64,000 bases of DNA from Candidatus Aminicenantales bacterium (lineage in GTDB: Bacteria > Acidobacteriota > Aminicenantia > Aminicenantales > UBA4085), in contig JBEKTZ010000001.1 in assembly GCA_049515535.1 (NCBI GenBank), forward strand, positions 330,599 to 394,598, written 5' to 3'. How positions within the stretch are numbered: position 1 is the first letter of the stretch; each line of letters begins with the position of its first letter. The position numbers and the translations under genes are program-made. This document shows, piece by piece, positions 29,745-39,009 of this stretch. Below the pieces are notes generated by a model, which was given only the letters and a program-made list of their open reading frames with translations, was not told where the DNA came from and ran no database searches.

Positions 29745-30485
29745 ATGCGGCAAGAAATGCAGAATTACAAGATTGTCCTGAGCTACGACGGCACGGATTA
29801 TCACGGCTGGCAGAGCCAACCGGACAAAAACACGATCCAGGACACGCTCGAGGGCGTTCTGGCGAAGATCGCCCGAAAAAAAATCCCCGCCACCGGCGCC
29901 GGGCGCACGGACGCCGGCGTCCACGCCCTGGGCCAGGTCGCCAATTTCAAAGCGGCGTTGAAAATGTCCGATCCGGAGCTTTTCAAAGCCCTGAACGCCC
30001 TGCTCCCGGATGACATCCGGATCCTCGATATCCGGAGAGTCCCGTTGGATTTCCACGCCCGGAGGAACGCCAAGGGAAAGGTCTATCAATACCGGATTTG
30101 GCAGGCGCCCGAGATCACTCCGTTTATCTGCCGTTATGTCCTCCATTGGCCTTACCCGCTCGACATCAGGCTCATGCGCGACGCGGCGCGGCTTTTTCAA
30201 AGGACGGGCGATTATTCCGGATTTTCCTCCAACCGGCTTCTTCCGCCGGTCCGCAGCGTCGTGCGGTCAGAACTTCGTAAAAAAGGCGACGAACTCGTCT
30301 ATACCATCGAAGCCGGGGGGTTTCTGCGCTACATGGTCCGGACGATCGTGGGCACGATCCTTGAAGTCGGCCGGGGCAAAGTCCCCCTGGATAAGATCGA
30401 ACGCATCTTCCATGAAAAAGAGCGAACGCTGTCGAGTCCGACCGCACCGGCCAAGGGCCTTTGTCTTCTCAAGGTCATTTATTGA
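29745..30485 (+). CDS. truA: tRNA pseudouridine(38-40) synthase
   Basis: YDGT.YHGWQ, AGRTDAGVHA, FHAR, FLRYMVR, TAPAKGL. Confidence 0.95.
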   Translation: MRQEMQNYKIVLSYDGTDYHGWQSQPDKNTIQDTLEGVLAKIARKKIPATGAGRTDAGVHALGQVANFKAALKMSDPELFKALNALLPDDIRILDIRRVPLDFHARRNAKGKVYQYRIWQAPEITPFICRYVLHWPYPLDIRLMRDAARLFQRTGDYSGFSSNRLLPPVRSVVRSELRKKGDELVYTIEAGGFLRYMVRTIVGTILEVGRGKVPLDKIERIFHEKERTLSSPTAPAKGLCLLKVIY

Positions 30486-30581
30486 GGAGAAGGATTGAAC
30501 TCCATTTATTGAACGAAGCGCGGGTGACGATGAAGGTCGAGCTCCTCCGCCCGCAACGGATGAGCCCGCGCCGACATTTCT

Positions 30582-31016
30582 TTACGACATCAAGTTCAAT
30601 CCGAAGACAAGCGCGTCCTCATCGGGATTGAAATAATAGTTTTTTCTGACGCCGATCAGGTCGAACCCGAGTTTCGCGTAGAGGGTCTGGGCGGGCTTGT
30701 TGGACATCCGGACTTCGAGAGAGACGAACGTCACCTTCTCGCCCCGGCCGCGCTCGATGGCGTCCCGGAGTATCGACTCGCCGACCCCCAGCCGCCTGAA
30801 ATCGGGATGGACCGCGATGTTGTTGATCATGATCTCATCCTTGATCTTCCAGTAGATGATGTATCCGACGATCTTTTTCTCCGTCGCGTGCACGGCCACG
30901 AGAGGAAAGGAGATGTCGTCGTTTTGGATCTCGCCCCGGAATGTCGTTTCCCGCCAGGGGTTGGGAAACGACGATTGTTCGATGGCCAGCACCTCGGGGA
31001 GGTCTCCGTTCTCCAT
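30582..31016 (-). CDS. rimI: Ribosomal protein S18 alanine N-acetyltransferase (start uncertain)
   Basis: IE..SF..PW, NIAVHP.FRR.G.G, LEVR.SN..A..LY..LGF, RKNYY...EDA. Confidence 0.9.
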   Translation of the reverse strand: MENGDLPEVLAIEQSSFPNPWRETTFRGEIQNDDISFPLVAVHATEKKIVGYIIYWKIKDEIMINNIAVHPDFRRLGVGESILRDAIERGRGEKVTFVSLEVRMSNKPAQTLYAKLGFDLIGVRKNYYFNPDEDALVFGLNLMS

Positions 31017-31056
31017 CCTCCGGAGAGCGAAGGGAAGGGAGGCGGCCGGTCGATGA

Positions 31057-31737
31057 TTAATGCTTTTCCTCCGCCTGGGATTTTCGATAATAGAGCGGCT
31101 CGAGTTCGGTCGAGGAAATTCCCTTTTTGGCGGCCAGGATATCATGGCCGAGGAGGCCGACTTCATAGGCGATGAATGGCGACCGATCCGAAAATCGGGC
31201 TTTGTCTTTCAAGCGGTCCACAATTTTCTCCCGGTAAAGACCGCTCCCGTTCCCGATCATGAGAATGGCGCGCCGCGCCGGAAGAAGGGACAGAAAACGG
31301 TCGGGAGGATAGGCTCCCTGGGGGATCGCCTCCTTGAGTCTTTTCCCTCGAATTTCAAAAAGGGCCGCGTAGATTTCTCCCCTTTTCGCGTCGAGCATCG
31401 GGGCCACAAGAGAGACCGGCGCATCGCGGAGCTTCCAGGCCAGGGCCGCGAGCGAAGAGACGGGAGCGACCGGCTTTCCCGAGGCGAAGGCAAAGGATTT
31501 CACGGTGCTCAAACCGATGCGGATTCCGGTGAACGAGCCGGGACCCGGCGTGACGGCGAATCCGTCGATGTCCTGAATGCCCAGATGGAGAGATCCGAGA
31601 AGCAGATCGATCGAAGAGAGAAGCCGGGCCGAATGCGTAGACGGCGCTTCGACGGCGAATTCCGCGAGGAGGCGGCGGTCTTCGAGGACGGCCGCGGAGC
31701 CGCCCGGCGTCGTCGTGTCGACGGCGAGAATGCGCAT
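31057..31737 (-). CDS. tsaB: tRNA threonylcarbamoyladenosine biosynthesis protein TsaB
   Basis: ILAVDT, HS..L, GPGSFTGIRIG, DAKRGE.Y, P.Y.RKSQAE. Confidence 0.95.
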   Translation of the reverse strand: MRILAVDTTTPGGSAAVLEDRRLLAEFAVEAPSTHSARLLSSIDLLLGSLHLGIQDIDGFAVTPGPGSFTGIRIGLSTVKSFAFASGKPVAPVSSLAALAWKLRDAPVSLVAPMLDAKRGEIYAALFEIRGKRLKEAIPQGAYPPDRFLSLLPARRAILMIGNGSGLYREKIVDRLKDKARFSDRSPFIAYEVGLLGHDILAAKKGISSTELEPLYYRKSQAEEKH

Positions 31738-31738
31738 G

Positions 31739-32281
31739 CTAGGATTTCACCGATCGGCCGAATTTGAACAGATTGCCGGCCTTGAAAATATTGTATTGGA
31801 CGGAACTCATCGCTTCGAGCTCCAAAGGAATCCCCTGGTTAAGGTTCTCCCCTTTCCCCGTCCGGACGTCGAGCCGGATCACGTCGCCGCTCGCGATTTT
31901 TCCCGAGGCGACCAGCGGTTCGAGCCCGCGGATCTTGAGAATCGGAAATCCGGAATTCACGGCGTTCCGGAAATAGATCGCCGAAAAGGACGGCGCGAGA
32001 ACGGCGCCGATCTTGAGAGCGACGAAACAATCGACAGCCTGCTGCCGAGACGAGCCGGCCCCGAAATTGCGGCCGGCGATCACGATGTCTCCCGCTTCGC
32101 ACCGCTTCGGAAAATCCTGCCAGCCTTCCAGATTCCCGAGGGCGAAGGGGCCCATCTGGGCGACATCGGTAATGTGAAGATGAGCGTTGTGATAGATCTG
32201 GTCGGTATCGATGTCCTCGAGGATCTTTCCATCCGTGTTGAGGAGGAGCCAAATCCGGCCCTGTTTGATGTCGCTGTCCAT
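31739..32281 (-). CDS. leuD: 3-isopropylmalate dehydratase/homoaconitase small subunit (LeuD/HacB family), copy 1
   Basis: DIDTDQI, AGRNFGAGSSRQQA, SF..IYFRNAVNSG; substrate not determinable. Confidence 0.8.
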   Translation of the reverse strand: MDSDIKQGRIWLLLNTDGKILEDIDTDQIYHNAHLHITDVAQMGPFALGNLEGWQDFPKRCEAGDIVIAGRNFGAGSSRQQAVDCFVALKIGAVLAPSFSAIYFRNAVNSGFPILKIRGLEPLVASGKIASGDVIRLDVRTGKGENLNQGIPLELEAMSSVQYNIFKAGNLFKFGRSVKS

Positions 32282-32282
32282 G

Positions 32283-33596
32283 TCACAAATCCTCCGGACT
32301 GATGATTTCACCGGCGATACAGGAGGCGGCCACGACGGCCGGGCCCGCCAGGAAGGTATGGCCTTTCCCCTGCTTCCCGGGAAAATTCCGGTTGCCCGTG
32401 CTGATCTGCGTTTCGCCCTTTCCGGTGAGGCCGACATGGCCTTCGGCGCATCCGCCGCAGCCGGGGTTGACGATGATCGCCCCGCTGCGGAAGAGCGTTT
32501 CGAGAATGCCGCGTCCGAGCATCTCGTCATAGACGTTCCGCGTGGCCGGGACGATTTTTAACATCACGCCCTTTTTGACGACGCGACCTTTAAGGACCTC
32601 CGCGGCCCGGGCAAAATCCTCGGTCCGGCCATTGGTGCACGAGCCGATGAAACCCGATTCGATCTTCGTGCCGCGCACTTCGCTCAAGGCTTTGACGGTA
32701 TTCGGAGAAGGCGGAACGGCGACCTGGGGCGGGAGGCCGGAAACGTCGATCTCGACGACGGCGGCATAGGCGGCCCGGCCGTCGGCGACGGCGGACGGGG
32801 CCCCGGGCTTTGCCCGGGGGTCCACTTCCGCCGCGAAGGCTCGTCCCTTGACGAAAGGCGCGAATTCCAGACCCGCGGACACTTTCATCTCGGCGGACAG
32901 GGCGGTCTCGAATTCCGGAATGAATCCAATGATCCCGGCCATTTCCGTGATCATACTGCACAACGTGATCCGGCCGGCCAGCGAGAGGCGGCGTACGGCC
33001 TCGCCGTAAAACTCCGCCGCGCGGAGGGCGATCCGTCTCGTCCCCAGCTCTTTGCAGAGAAACAAGGTCAGGTCTTTCGCGTCGGCCGCGGGAGACGGCC
33101 GGCCTTTGATGACGACTTTGACGGTCTCCGGCACTTCGAACCAAGTTTTTCCGGTCTTGAAAGCGAAGGCAATATCGATGTCGCCCATCCCCTGGCCGAA
33201 GCAGCCGACGGCCCCCAGGATATTCAGGTGACTGTCGGTGCCGACGACCGTCCCGTTGGGCCGGGCCAGACCTTCCTCTATCATGACATGCGTCCCGATG
33301 CCGCGGTTCACATCAAAGACCTCGAGGCCGTGTCTCCCGGCGAAATCGCGACAGGCCTGCTGGTTGTCGGCATATTTGAGGGAACACGCCGGAGCGCAAA
33401 GGTCAAAGGTGAAAAACGTTTTGTGGGCATCCGCGGGCGGCGCGTCTCCATACTCCCGTTCGTAATGGATGACGACATTGGGCCCGCCGAAGTCCCTGGC
33501 CGACCGGACGTCCAAATCCATCCAGACGATTCGGCCAGGAGCGACTTCGTCCCGGCTATGGGCCTGAATGATCTTCTCGATGATCGTTTTTCGCAA
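32283..33596 (-). CDS. leuC: 3-isopropylmalate dehydratase/homoaconitase large subunit (LeuC/HacA family), copy 1, with in-frame repeat insertion
   Basis: GTDSH, FIGSCTNGR, PGCGGC, STGNRNF.G. Confidence 0.82.
   Translation of the reverse strand: MRKTIIEKIIQAHSRDEVAPGRIVWMDLDVRSARDFGGPNVVIHYEREYGDAPPADAHKTFFTFDLCAPACSLKYADNQQACRDFAGRHGLEVFDVNRGIGTHVMIEEGLARPNGTVVGTDSHLNILGAVGCFGQGMGDIDIAFAFKTGKTWFEVPETVKVVIKGRPSPAADAKDLTLFLCKELGTRRIALRAAEFYGEAVRRLSLAGRITLCSMITEMAGIIGFIPEFETALSAEMKVSAGLEFAPFVKGRAFAAEVDPRAKPGAPSAVADGRAAYAAVVEIDVSGLPPQVAVPPSPNTVKALSEVRGTKIESGFIGSCTNGRTEDFARAAEVLKGRVVKKGVMLKIVPATRNVYDEMLGRGILETLFRSGAIIVNPGCGGCAEGHVGLTGKGETQISTGNRNFPGKQGKGHTFLAGPAVVAASCIAGEIISPEDL
32786..32853 (-). 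repeat. Palindromic repeat element, short copy, inside the LeuC-like CDS
   Basis: Reverse complement matches 44318-44337 (20/20) plus 44377-44424 (47/48). Confidence 0.9.
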
Positions 33597-33608
33597 AGGA
33601 TCCCCCGC

Positions 33609-34727
33609 TCAGATCTTGGCGGCCACGGCCGCGGCCATGTCGAGCGTCGTGGATTTCCCGCCCATATCGTACGTCCGGACCTTGCCGTCCTTGATGACGT
33701 CGGAGACGGCGCCTTCGAGAACCCTGGCCTTGGCCGTCTCGCCCAACCACTCGAGCATCAGCATGGCGGCCAGAAACGTCGCGATCGGGTTGACTTTATA
33801 GAGCCCGGCGTACTTCGGCGCTGAGCCGTGCGTCGGCTCGAATACGCCGTACTTCTCGCCGATGTTGCCGGCCGAAGCGAACCCCAGCCCGCCGACGAGC
33901 TGGGCGGCCAGGTCGGAAATGATATCGCCGAACAAGTTTTCGGCCACGAGAACATCATAGTCGTGAGGGTTCTTGACGAGCCACATGCACATGGCGTCGA
34001 TATTCGCCTCCTTGAACTCGATATCCGGATATTGCCGGGCGACGGCTCGGGAAACGCTCAGCATCAGGCCGCCGGTCTCCCGAAGGACGTTGGGTTTCTC
34101 GACGATGGTCACCGAGCGGCGCTTGTTTTTGCGGGCGTAATCGAAGGCGGCCTTGACGATCCGTTCGCATCCTTTTTTGGTCATGATCCGCGTCGAAACG
34201 GCGATCTCGTCGAGCGGGACGTTCTTGAACGGTTTCATCTTGGCGTGGGCCATCAGCGCGTCCTTCACGGCCTGGGGAAGGGGGAAGAATTCAACGCCGG
34301 CGTACATCCCTTCGGTGTTCTCCCGGAAGATGACGAGGTCGATGTTGTCCCGGTAGTTCAGGGGATTGCCGGGATAGGCCTTGCACGGCCGGAGGTTGGT
34401 ATAGAGGTCGAATTCCTGGCGGAGGCGGACGATGGGGCTGAAGTAGGACAGGCCTTTGCCCTGGAGCGACGGCGCCAGCTCCTTCGCCGCGTCCTCTTTC
34501 GGCTTGGAGGTGATGGCCCCGAAGAAGCAGACGTCTGTTTCTTTGAGCAGCTGAACCGTCCGGTCCGGAAGCGCGTTGCCTTCCTTCGCCCAGAATTCCC
34601 AGCCGATGTCGCCGTGGATGTATTCCGCGTTGACGTCCAATTTTTTGAGGACGATCATCGCCGCTTCCATGACTTCGACGCCGACGCCGTCGCCGGGCAA
34701 AACCGCAATTCTATACTTGCGCATCAA
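33609..34727 (-). CDS. Isocitrate/isopropylmalate/homoisocitrate dehydrogenase family protein
   Basis: PGDGVG.EV, NLRP, RENTEG.Y, K.NVL, NLFGDIISD, FEPTHGSAP, NP.A. Confidence 0.9.
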   Translation of the reverse strand: MMRKYRIAVLPGDGVGVEVMEAAMIVLKKLDVNAEYIHGDIGWEFWAKEGNALPDRTVQLLKETDVCFFGAITSKPKEDAAKELAPSLQGKGLSYFSPIVRLRQEFDLYTNLRPCKAYPGNPLNYRDNIDLVIFRENTEGMYAGVEFFPLPQAVKDALMAHAKMKPFKNVPLDEIAVSTRIMTKKGCERIVKAAFDYARKNKRRSVTIVEKPNVLRETGGLMLSVSRAVARQYPDIEFKEANIDAMCMWLVKNPHDYDVLVAENLFGDIISDLAAQLVGGLGFASAGNIGEKYGVFEPTHGSAPKYAGLYKVNPIATFLAAMLMLEWLGETAKARVLEGAVSDVIKDGKVRTYDMGGKSTTLDMAAAVAAKI

Positions 34728-34787
34728 GAACTTCTTTCTTCATGATATCATCGAAATCGCGGCCCCGGATATTTTAATACAACCCGC

Positions 34788-34817
34788 GGCGCCAAAGGAA
34801 TAGCGTCCTTTGGCGCC
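34788..34817. other. Intergenic 12-bp-stem hairpin (REP-like or RNA structure)
   Basis: GGCGCCAAAGGA-ATAGCG-TCCTTTGGCGCC. Confidence 0.55.
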
Positions 34818-34898
34818 AGCCGGCTTCGGGGCGGATGGATTTCGCCTCACGCGCGCTCATTTGGCAAAAAAATGATTTTCTTCATGGTTAGAATTCCT

Positions 34899-35390
34899 TT
34901 ATGACCCTTCGATCTTTTTTTTCGTATATGCGAGCAGGCCGCCGGCTTCAAGGATGCCGATGACCGAATCCGGGAGAGGCGGGAATTTGAAAACCTTGCC
35001 GGCGGAGGCGATCGTCCCGCCGGCGAAATCGATCTCCACCTCATCGCCCGTCTTCATTGTCTCCGACGCCTCCTCGCACTGCAGAACGGGCAGGCCGAGG
35101 TTGATGGCGTTCCGGAAATAGATCCGGGCAAAGGACTTGGCGACGACGGCCTGGACGCCCGCCGCCCTCAGGCAGGCCGCGGCCTGCTCCCGGGAGCTCC
35201 CGCAGCCGAAATTCCTGCCCGCGACGATGACGTCCCCCGGCCGGACATTCCCGGCGAACGCCGGATCCAGGTCCTCGAACGCATGGGCGGCCATCTCCTC
35301 GGGTTTCAGCTGTTGATAGGTATATTTCCCCGCATAAATGACGTCCGTGTTGACGTCGTCTCCGTATTTCCAGACTCTTCCTTTGCTCAT
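34899..35390 (-). CDS. leuD: LeuD/HacB family small subunit, copy 2
   Basis: GDDVNTDVI, NFGCGSSREQA, SFARIYFRNAINLGLP; ATGA overlap with the large subunit. Confidence 0.85.
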   Translation of the reverse strand: MSKGRVWKYGDDVNTDVIYAGKYTYQQLKPEEMAAHAFEDLDPAFAGNVRPGDVIVAGRNFGCGSSREQAAACLRAAGVQAVVAKSFARIYFRNAINLGLPVLQCEEASETMKTGDEVEIDFAGGTIASAGKVFKFPPLPDSVIGILEAGGLLAYTKKKIEGS

Positions 35391-36640
35391 AGGCATGTCC
35401 TCGGATCGGTGATTTTTCCCTCGAGGGCCGACGCGGCGACAGTGGCCGGCGAGGCGAGGTAGATCTCGGAATCGCGCCCGCCCATCCGCCCCTTGAAATT
35501 GCGGTTGGACGTTCCGACGACGACTTCGCCCGGCGCGAGAAGGCCTTCGTGCGCGCCGAGGCAGGGACCGCATCCCGGATTGAGGATGACGCAATTCGCC
35601 GCGACGAAGATTTCGATCAAACCTTTTTTCAAGGCTTCCAGATAAACCTCCCGGGAGGCCGGCAGCACGAGGGCTCTGACCCGGGGATGGATTTTTTTCC
35701 CTTTGAGGATCTTGGCCGCGATTTCCAGATCTTCGAGTCTGCCGTTCGTGCACGTTCCGATCAGGGCCTGATGGAAGGGCCTGCCTACGACCGCCGATAC
35801 CGGCTTGACGTTATCGACGGAGTGAGGGCAGGCGATCTGGGGCTCGATCCGGGATAAATCGTATTTCAAAACGGCCTCGTACGTCGCGTCCGGATCGGAC
35901 TTGACGATTTCATACGCGTCCCTGGCCCGGGCCTTGAGCCAAGCGATCGTCTGGTCGTCGGGCTCGAAGTATCCATTTTTGGCGCCCATTTCGGCCGCCA
36001 TGTTCGTCAGAACCATGCGGGATGCGAGACTGAAATTCCCAGCCTCCGGCCCCGCGAATTCCACGGCCTCGTAATTCGCCCGATCGGCGCCGTTGTCGCC
36101 GATGATCTTGAGGATGACGTCCTTGGCATAAACGCCCGGACCGGGTTTCCCCGTCATCTCGATCCTGAGCGTTTCCGGCACGCGGAGCCAGATCTCGTCC
36201 GTGGCCCACAAACTGGCCATTTCGGTCCGGCCGATCCCGGCGCTGAACGCGCCGAACGCCCCGTACGTGGTCGTGTGGGAGTCGCTGCCCATGATCACTT
36301 TTCCCGGAAGGGCGAAACTCGCTTCCGAAAAGACCTGATGGCAGACGCCGGCGTGGATGTCGAAAAAATTCGGGATCTTCTGCTCGATCACGAACTCGCG
36401 GATCGTTTTGTGATTCTGGGCGTATTTCTCGTCCGCGGCGGGAACGATATGGTCGAGGACAATGACAATCTTCCGGGGCGCAACGACGCTCTTCAGGCCG
36501 AGTTTCTTGAACTCGCCGATGATGGCCGAGGAGTTGTCGTGGGAAAGATAGTAATCCGGCGCGACCGTGATCACCTCGCCCGCCCGGACCGCGCGTCCGG
36601 CTTTGAGGCTCAAGACTTTCTCGGAAAATGTACGGCCCAT
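35387..36640 (-). CDS. leuC: LeuC/HacA family large subunit, copy 2
   Basis: SHDN, DH, GVCHQ, GSDSHT, IGTCTNGR, PGCGPCLG, TSNRNFKGRMG. Confidence 0.87.
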   Translation of the reverse strand: MGRTFSEKVLSLKAGRAVRAGEVITVAPDYYLSHDNSSAIIGEFKKLGLKSVVAPRKIVIVLDHIVPAADEKYAQNHKTIREFVIEQKIPNFFDIHAGVCHQVFSEASFALPGKVIMGSDSHTTTYGAFGAFSAGIGRTEMASLWATDEIWLRVPETLRIEMTGKPGPGVYAKDVILKIIGDNGADRANYEAVEFAGPEAGNFSLASRMVLTNMAAEMGAKNGYFEPDDQTIAWLKARARDAYEIVKSDPDATYEAVLKYDLSRIEPQIACPHSVDNVKPVSAVVGRPFHQALIGTCTNGRLEDLEIAAKILKGKKIHPRVRALVLPASREVYLEALKKGLIEIFVAANCVILNPGCGPCLGAHEGLLAPGEVVVGTSNRNFKGRMGGRDSEIYLASPATVAASALEGKITDPRTCL

Positions 36641-36711
36641 CGCGGTCTCCTCGGGAGGTCAGGCTCGCCCATTCGGTTCCATCACCGACCCATGGCCGGG
36701 CCGCAGCCCGC

Positions 36712-37245
36712 CTATCCCTTAAAAACGTCGAAATTGACGAAATCGGCGTGATTGACGATGACGGCCTCGATCGTCCGCCTCGACCCGTCGCCTTCCTTGG
36801 AATGGGCGGCGATGATGTGGACGACTTCCTCCGGCAGGCCGAATTTGAAGGCGAACGCCGCTCCCGAGATCGGATGGCGGAGCAGGTCCCCCCCGCGGCT
36901 CTTGATGAAATCGCCCTTTTCCCTCGTGTATTCAAAGAGCTTTCCGACGTCGTGCAGGATCGCCCCCGAAAGAAGGATGTCCCGATCGACGGCCACTTTG
37001 CCTTGATAGCCTTCGTTCAAAACCTCCGCGATCTGTACGGCGGTCCGCGTCACGGCCCGCGTATGATCGATGATGCTGACCCCGGTCTTTTTGATGAGGA
37101 GCGTGAACGGCATGTGATGAAGATCCTCGATCGTCCAGCCGCCGCGCTTGATCGCCTCCTCCCAGACCGTGAGCGTCAGATCGCGCAATTTCTCGTCCTT
37201 GATGAGCTTGATTTCCGGGATCATTTTCAGGATATCTTGCCTCAT
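36712..37245 (-). CDS. HD-domain (HDIG) phosphohydrolase
   Basis: H..AV, LHDVGK, RHP..G, HS, HAD motifs. Confidence 0.85.
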   Translation of the reverse strand: MRQDILKMIPEIKLIKDEKLRDLTLTVWEEAIKRGGWTIEDLHHMPFTLLIKKTGVSIIDHTRAVTRTAVQIAEVLNEGYQGKVAVDRDILLSGAILHDVGKLFEYTREKGDFIKSRGGDLLRHPISGAAFAFKFGLPEEVVHIIAAHSKEGDGSRRTIEAVIVNHADFVNFDVFKG

Positions 37246-38021
37246 GGCGCCTTCCTTTCCGGGGGGCCGTCGTATTCAAAATTTTCCGGGTCGATCTTGC
37301 GCATGGGTTTCATCCGCGTTTTTTCTTCGTGGACATGGGCCACGATGCCGGGCACGCGGGAAATGATGAAAAAGGCGTTTCCGATCTCGGGAGGAATGCC
37401 AAGGTCGCAGAGGAGCGCGGCGATCGCCCCGTCGACGTTGATCGGAAGAATCTTTCCCATCCGCTCTCCAAGGATCCGCTCGACGAGCCGGGCGATCCGG
37501 ACATGTTTTTCCGCCAAATGGAGATTTTCGGCCAGGGCGAAGAGCTTTCCGGTCCGGGGATCCTTGGTGTGAAGGCGGTGGCCGTAACCCGAAGCCCTTT
37601 TGCCCCCGGCTTTCATTTCGTCGAGAACGTCTTTCGCGGCTTTTTCCTCGTTTCCTCCCAGCTCGCCGGCCCGCTCGGCGATTTCCAGAAAAAGCCGTTG
37701 GCCTTCTTCGATGGCGCCGCCGTGGAATTTGTTGATGGCCAGCACGCCGGCCGCGATCGCCGCGTTCAGCTCTCCCCCGGTCGAAGCGACCGTCCGGGCG
37801 GCGAGAGTGGACGGCGGACTCGCGCCATGATCGATCGACGCGACCAAGACGGCATCGATGAGCTTGCCCACGTCGGGCGTGGGCCATTCGCCTTTGAGAA
37901 TGAGATAGACGGCCTGGGCGAAGGAGATCTTACCCAGCAACTCGTCCACGGGATAGCCCCGCATGACGATTTTGTTCGGTTTGACATCGGTGATCGCGGT
38001 TTTCCATTTTTCGTCGGGCAT
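37242..38021 (-). CDS. ccl: Citryl-CoA lyase (citrate synthase fold)
   Basis: WKTAIT, RGY, DHG..PPS, HGGA, GYGHR.H..DPR, INVDG; short 259 aa form. Confidence 0.82.
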   Translation of the reverse strand: MPDEKWKTAITDVKPNKIVMRGYPVDELLGKISFAQAVYLILKGEWPTPDVGKLIDAVLVASIDHGASPPSTLAARTVASTGGELNAAIAAGVLAINKFHGGAIEEGQRLFLEIAERAGELGGNEEKAAKDVLDEMKAGGKRASGYGHRLHTKDPRTGKLFALAENLHLAEKHVRIARLVERILGERMGKILPINVDGAIAALLCDLGIPPEIGNAFFIISRVPGIVAHVHEEKTRMKPMRKIDPENFEYDGPPERKAP

Positions 38022-38034
38022 TCGGTCCTCCGGC

Positions 38035-38928
38035 TTATCCCAAGAGTTCCTTCACTTTTTTCGGGATATCAAAAATCGTGTCCACGACATGGACGCCGGC
38101 CTCGCGCAGCCGCTTGACCTTCGTTTCGTAGGATCCCCGGCTGCCCTCCACGATCGCGCCGGCATGCGAGAATCGCGTCCCCGCTTTGGCCGCTTTGCCG
38201 CCGATGTAGGCGATCAGCGGCTTCGTGAATTTCCGGCTTTCGACGAGATCGGCCACCCGCTCTTCCTGGGTCGTTCCGATCTCGCCGAACATCGCCACGG
38301 CCTCGGTCCGTCCGTCCCGCTCGAACAGCTCCATGACCTCGGGATGGGAGAGCCCGACGACGGCGTCCCCGCCGACATGGATGATCGTGCTCTGGCCGAA
38401 CCCGGCCTGAGTCAGATAATAGGAAATGGCCGACGTCATGCCGCCGCTCCGGGAGCTGACGCCCACGGCGCCGGGTTTGAACCACTCTCGTGCGCGCTGG
38501 GCCCGGCCGCCGATCATGCCGAGCACGGCTTGCCCGGGACTCAACAGGCCGAGCGTGTTCGGGCCGACGAAGCGCGCCCCTTTTTCCCGGGCCGCGCGCG
38601 CGATATCGAGCACATCGTAAATCGGGACGCGGTCGGGCACGATGACCAGGAGTTTCACTCCGGCGGCGATCGCTTCGAGGGCGGCATTCTTGACGAGCGC
38701 GGCCGGAATGAAGATGACGCTGACGTCGATCGCCCCTTGGCTCTCCCGGGCTTCCTCGACGGAATCATAGACGGGGATCCCATAAACGGCCTGGCCTCCC
38801 CGGCCGGGAGTCACGCCGGCGACGACGTTCGTTCCGTAATCCTTCATCAGTTGGGCCCGGGCCATGCCTTCACGGCCGGTGATCCCCTGGATCAGGACCC
38901 GCGATGCTCCATCCACTAAAATCGACAT
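38035..38928 (-). CDS. SucD-like CoA-ligase alpha subunit (possible citryl-CoA synthetase small subunit)
   Basis: QGITGREG, AGVTPG, GPNT.G, SRSGG, GEIG, FSHAGA phospho-His motif. Confidence 0.85.
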   Translation of the reverse strand: MSILVDGASRVLIQGITGREGMARAQLMKDYGTNVVAGVTPGRGGQAVYGIPVYDSVEEARESQGAIDVSVIFIPAALVKNAALEAIAAGVKLLVIVPDRVPIYDVLDIARAAREKGARFVGPNTLGLLSPGQAVLGMIGGRAQRAREWFKPGAVGVSSRSGGMTSAISYYLTQAGFGQSTIIHVGGDAVVGLSHPEVMELFERDGRTEAVAMFGEIGTTQEERVADLVESRKFTKPLIAYIGGKAAKAGTRFSHAGAIVEGSRGSYETKVKRLREAGVHVVDTIFDIPKKVKELLG

Positions 38929-39009
38929 TGGGCTCTCAACTCCATCCTCGCCGGACGGCGACGACTTCGCCGGATCGCCGCGGCCCCGCCGATCGCCGGC
39001 CAAGAAATC

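Noticed and set aside
34847..34885. 12-aa ORF next to a hairpin as an attenuator leader
   Set aside because: No run of regulatory codons and no clear antiterminator
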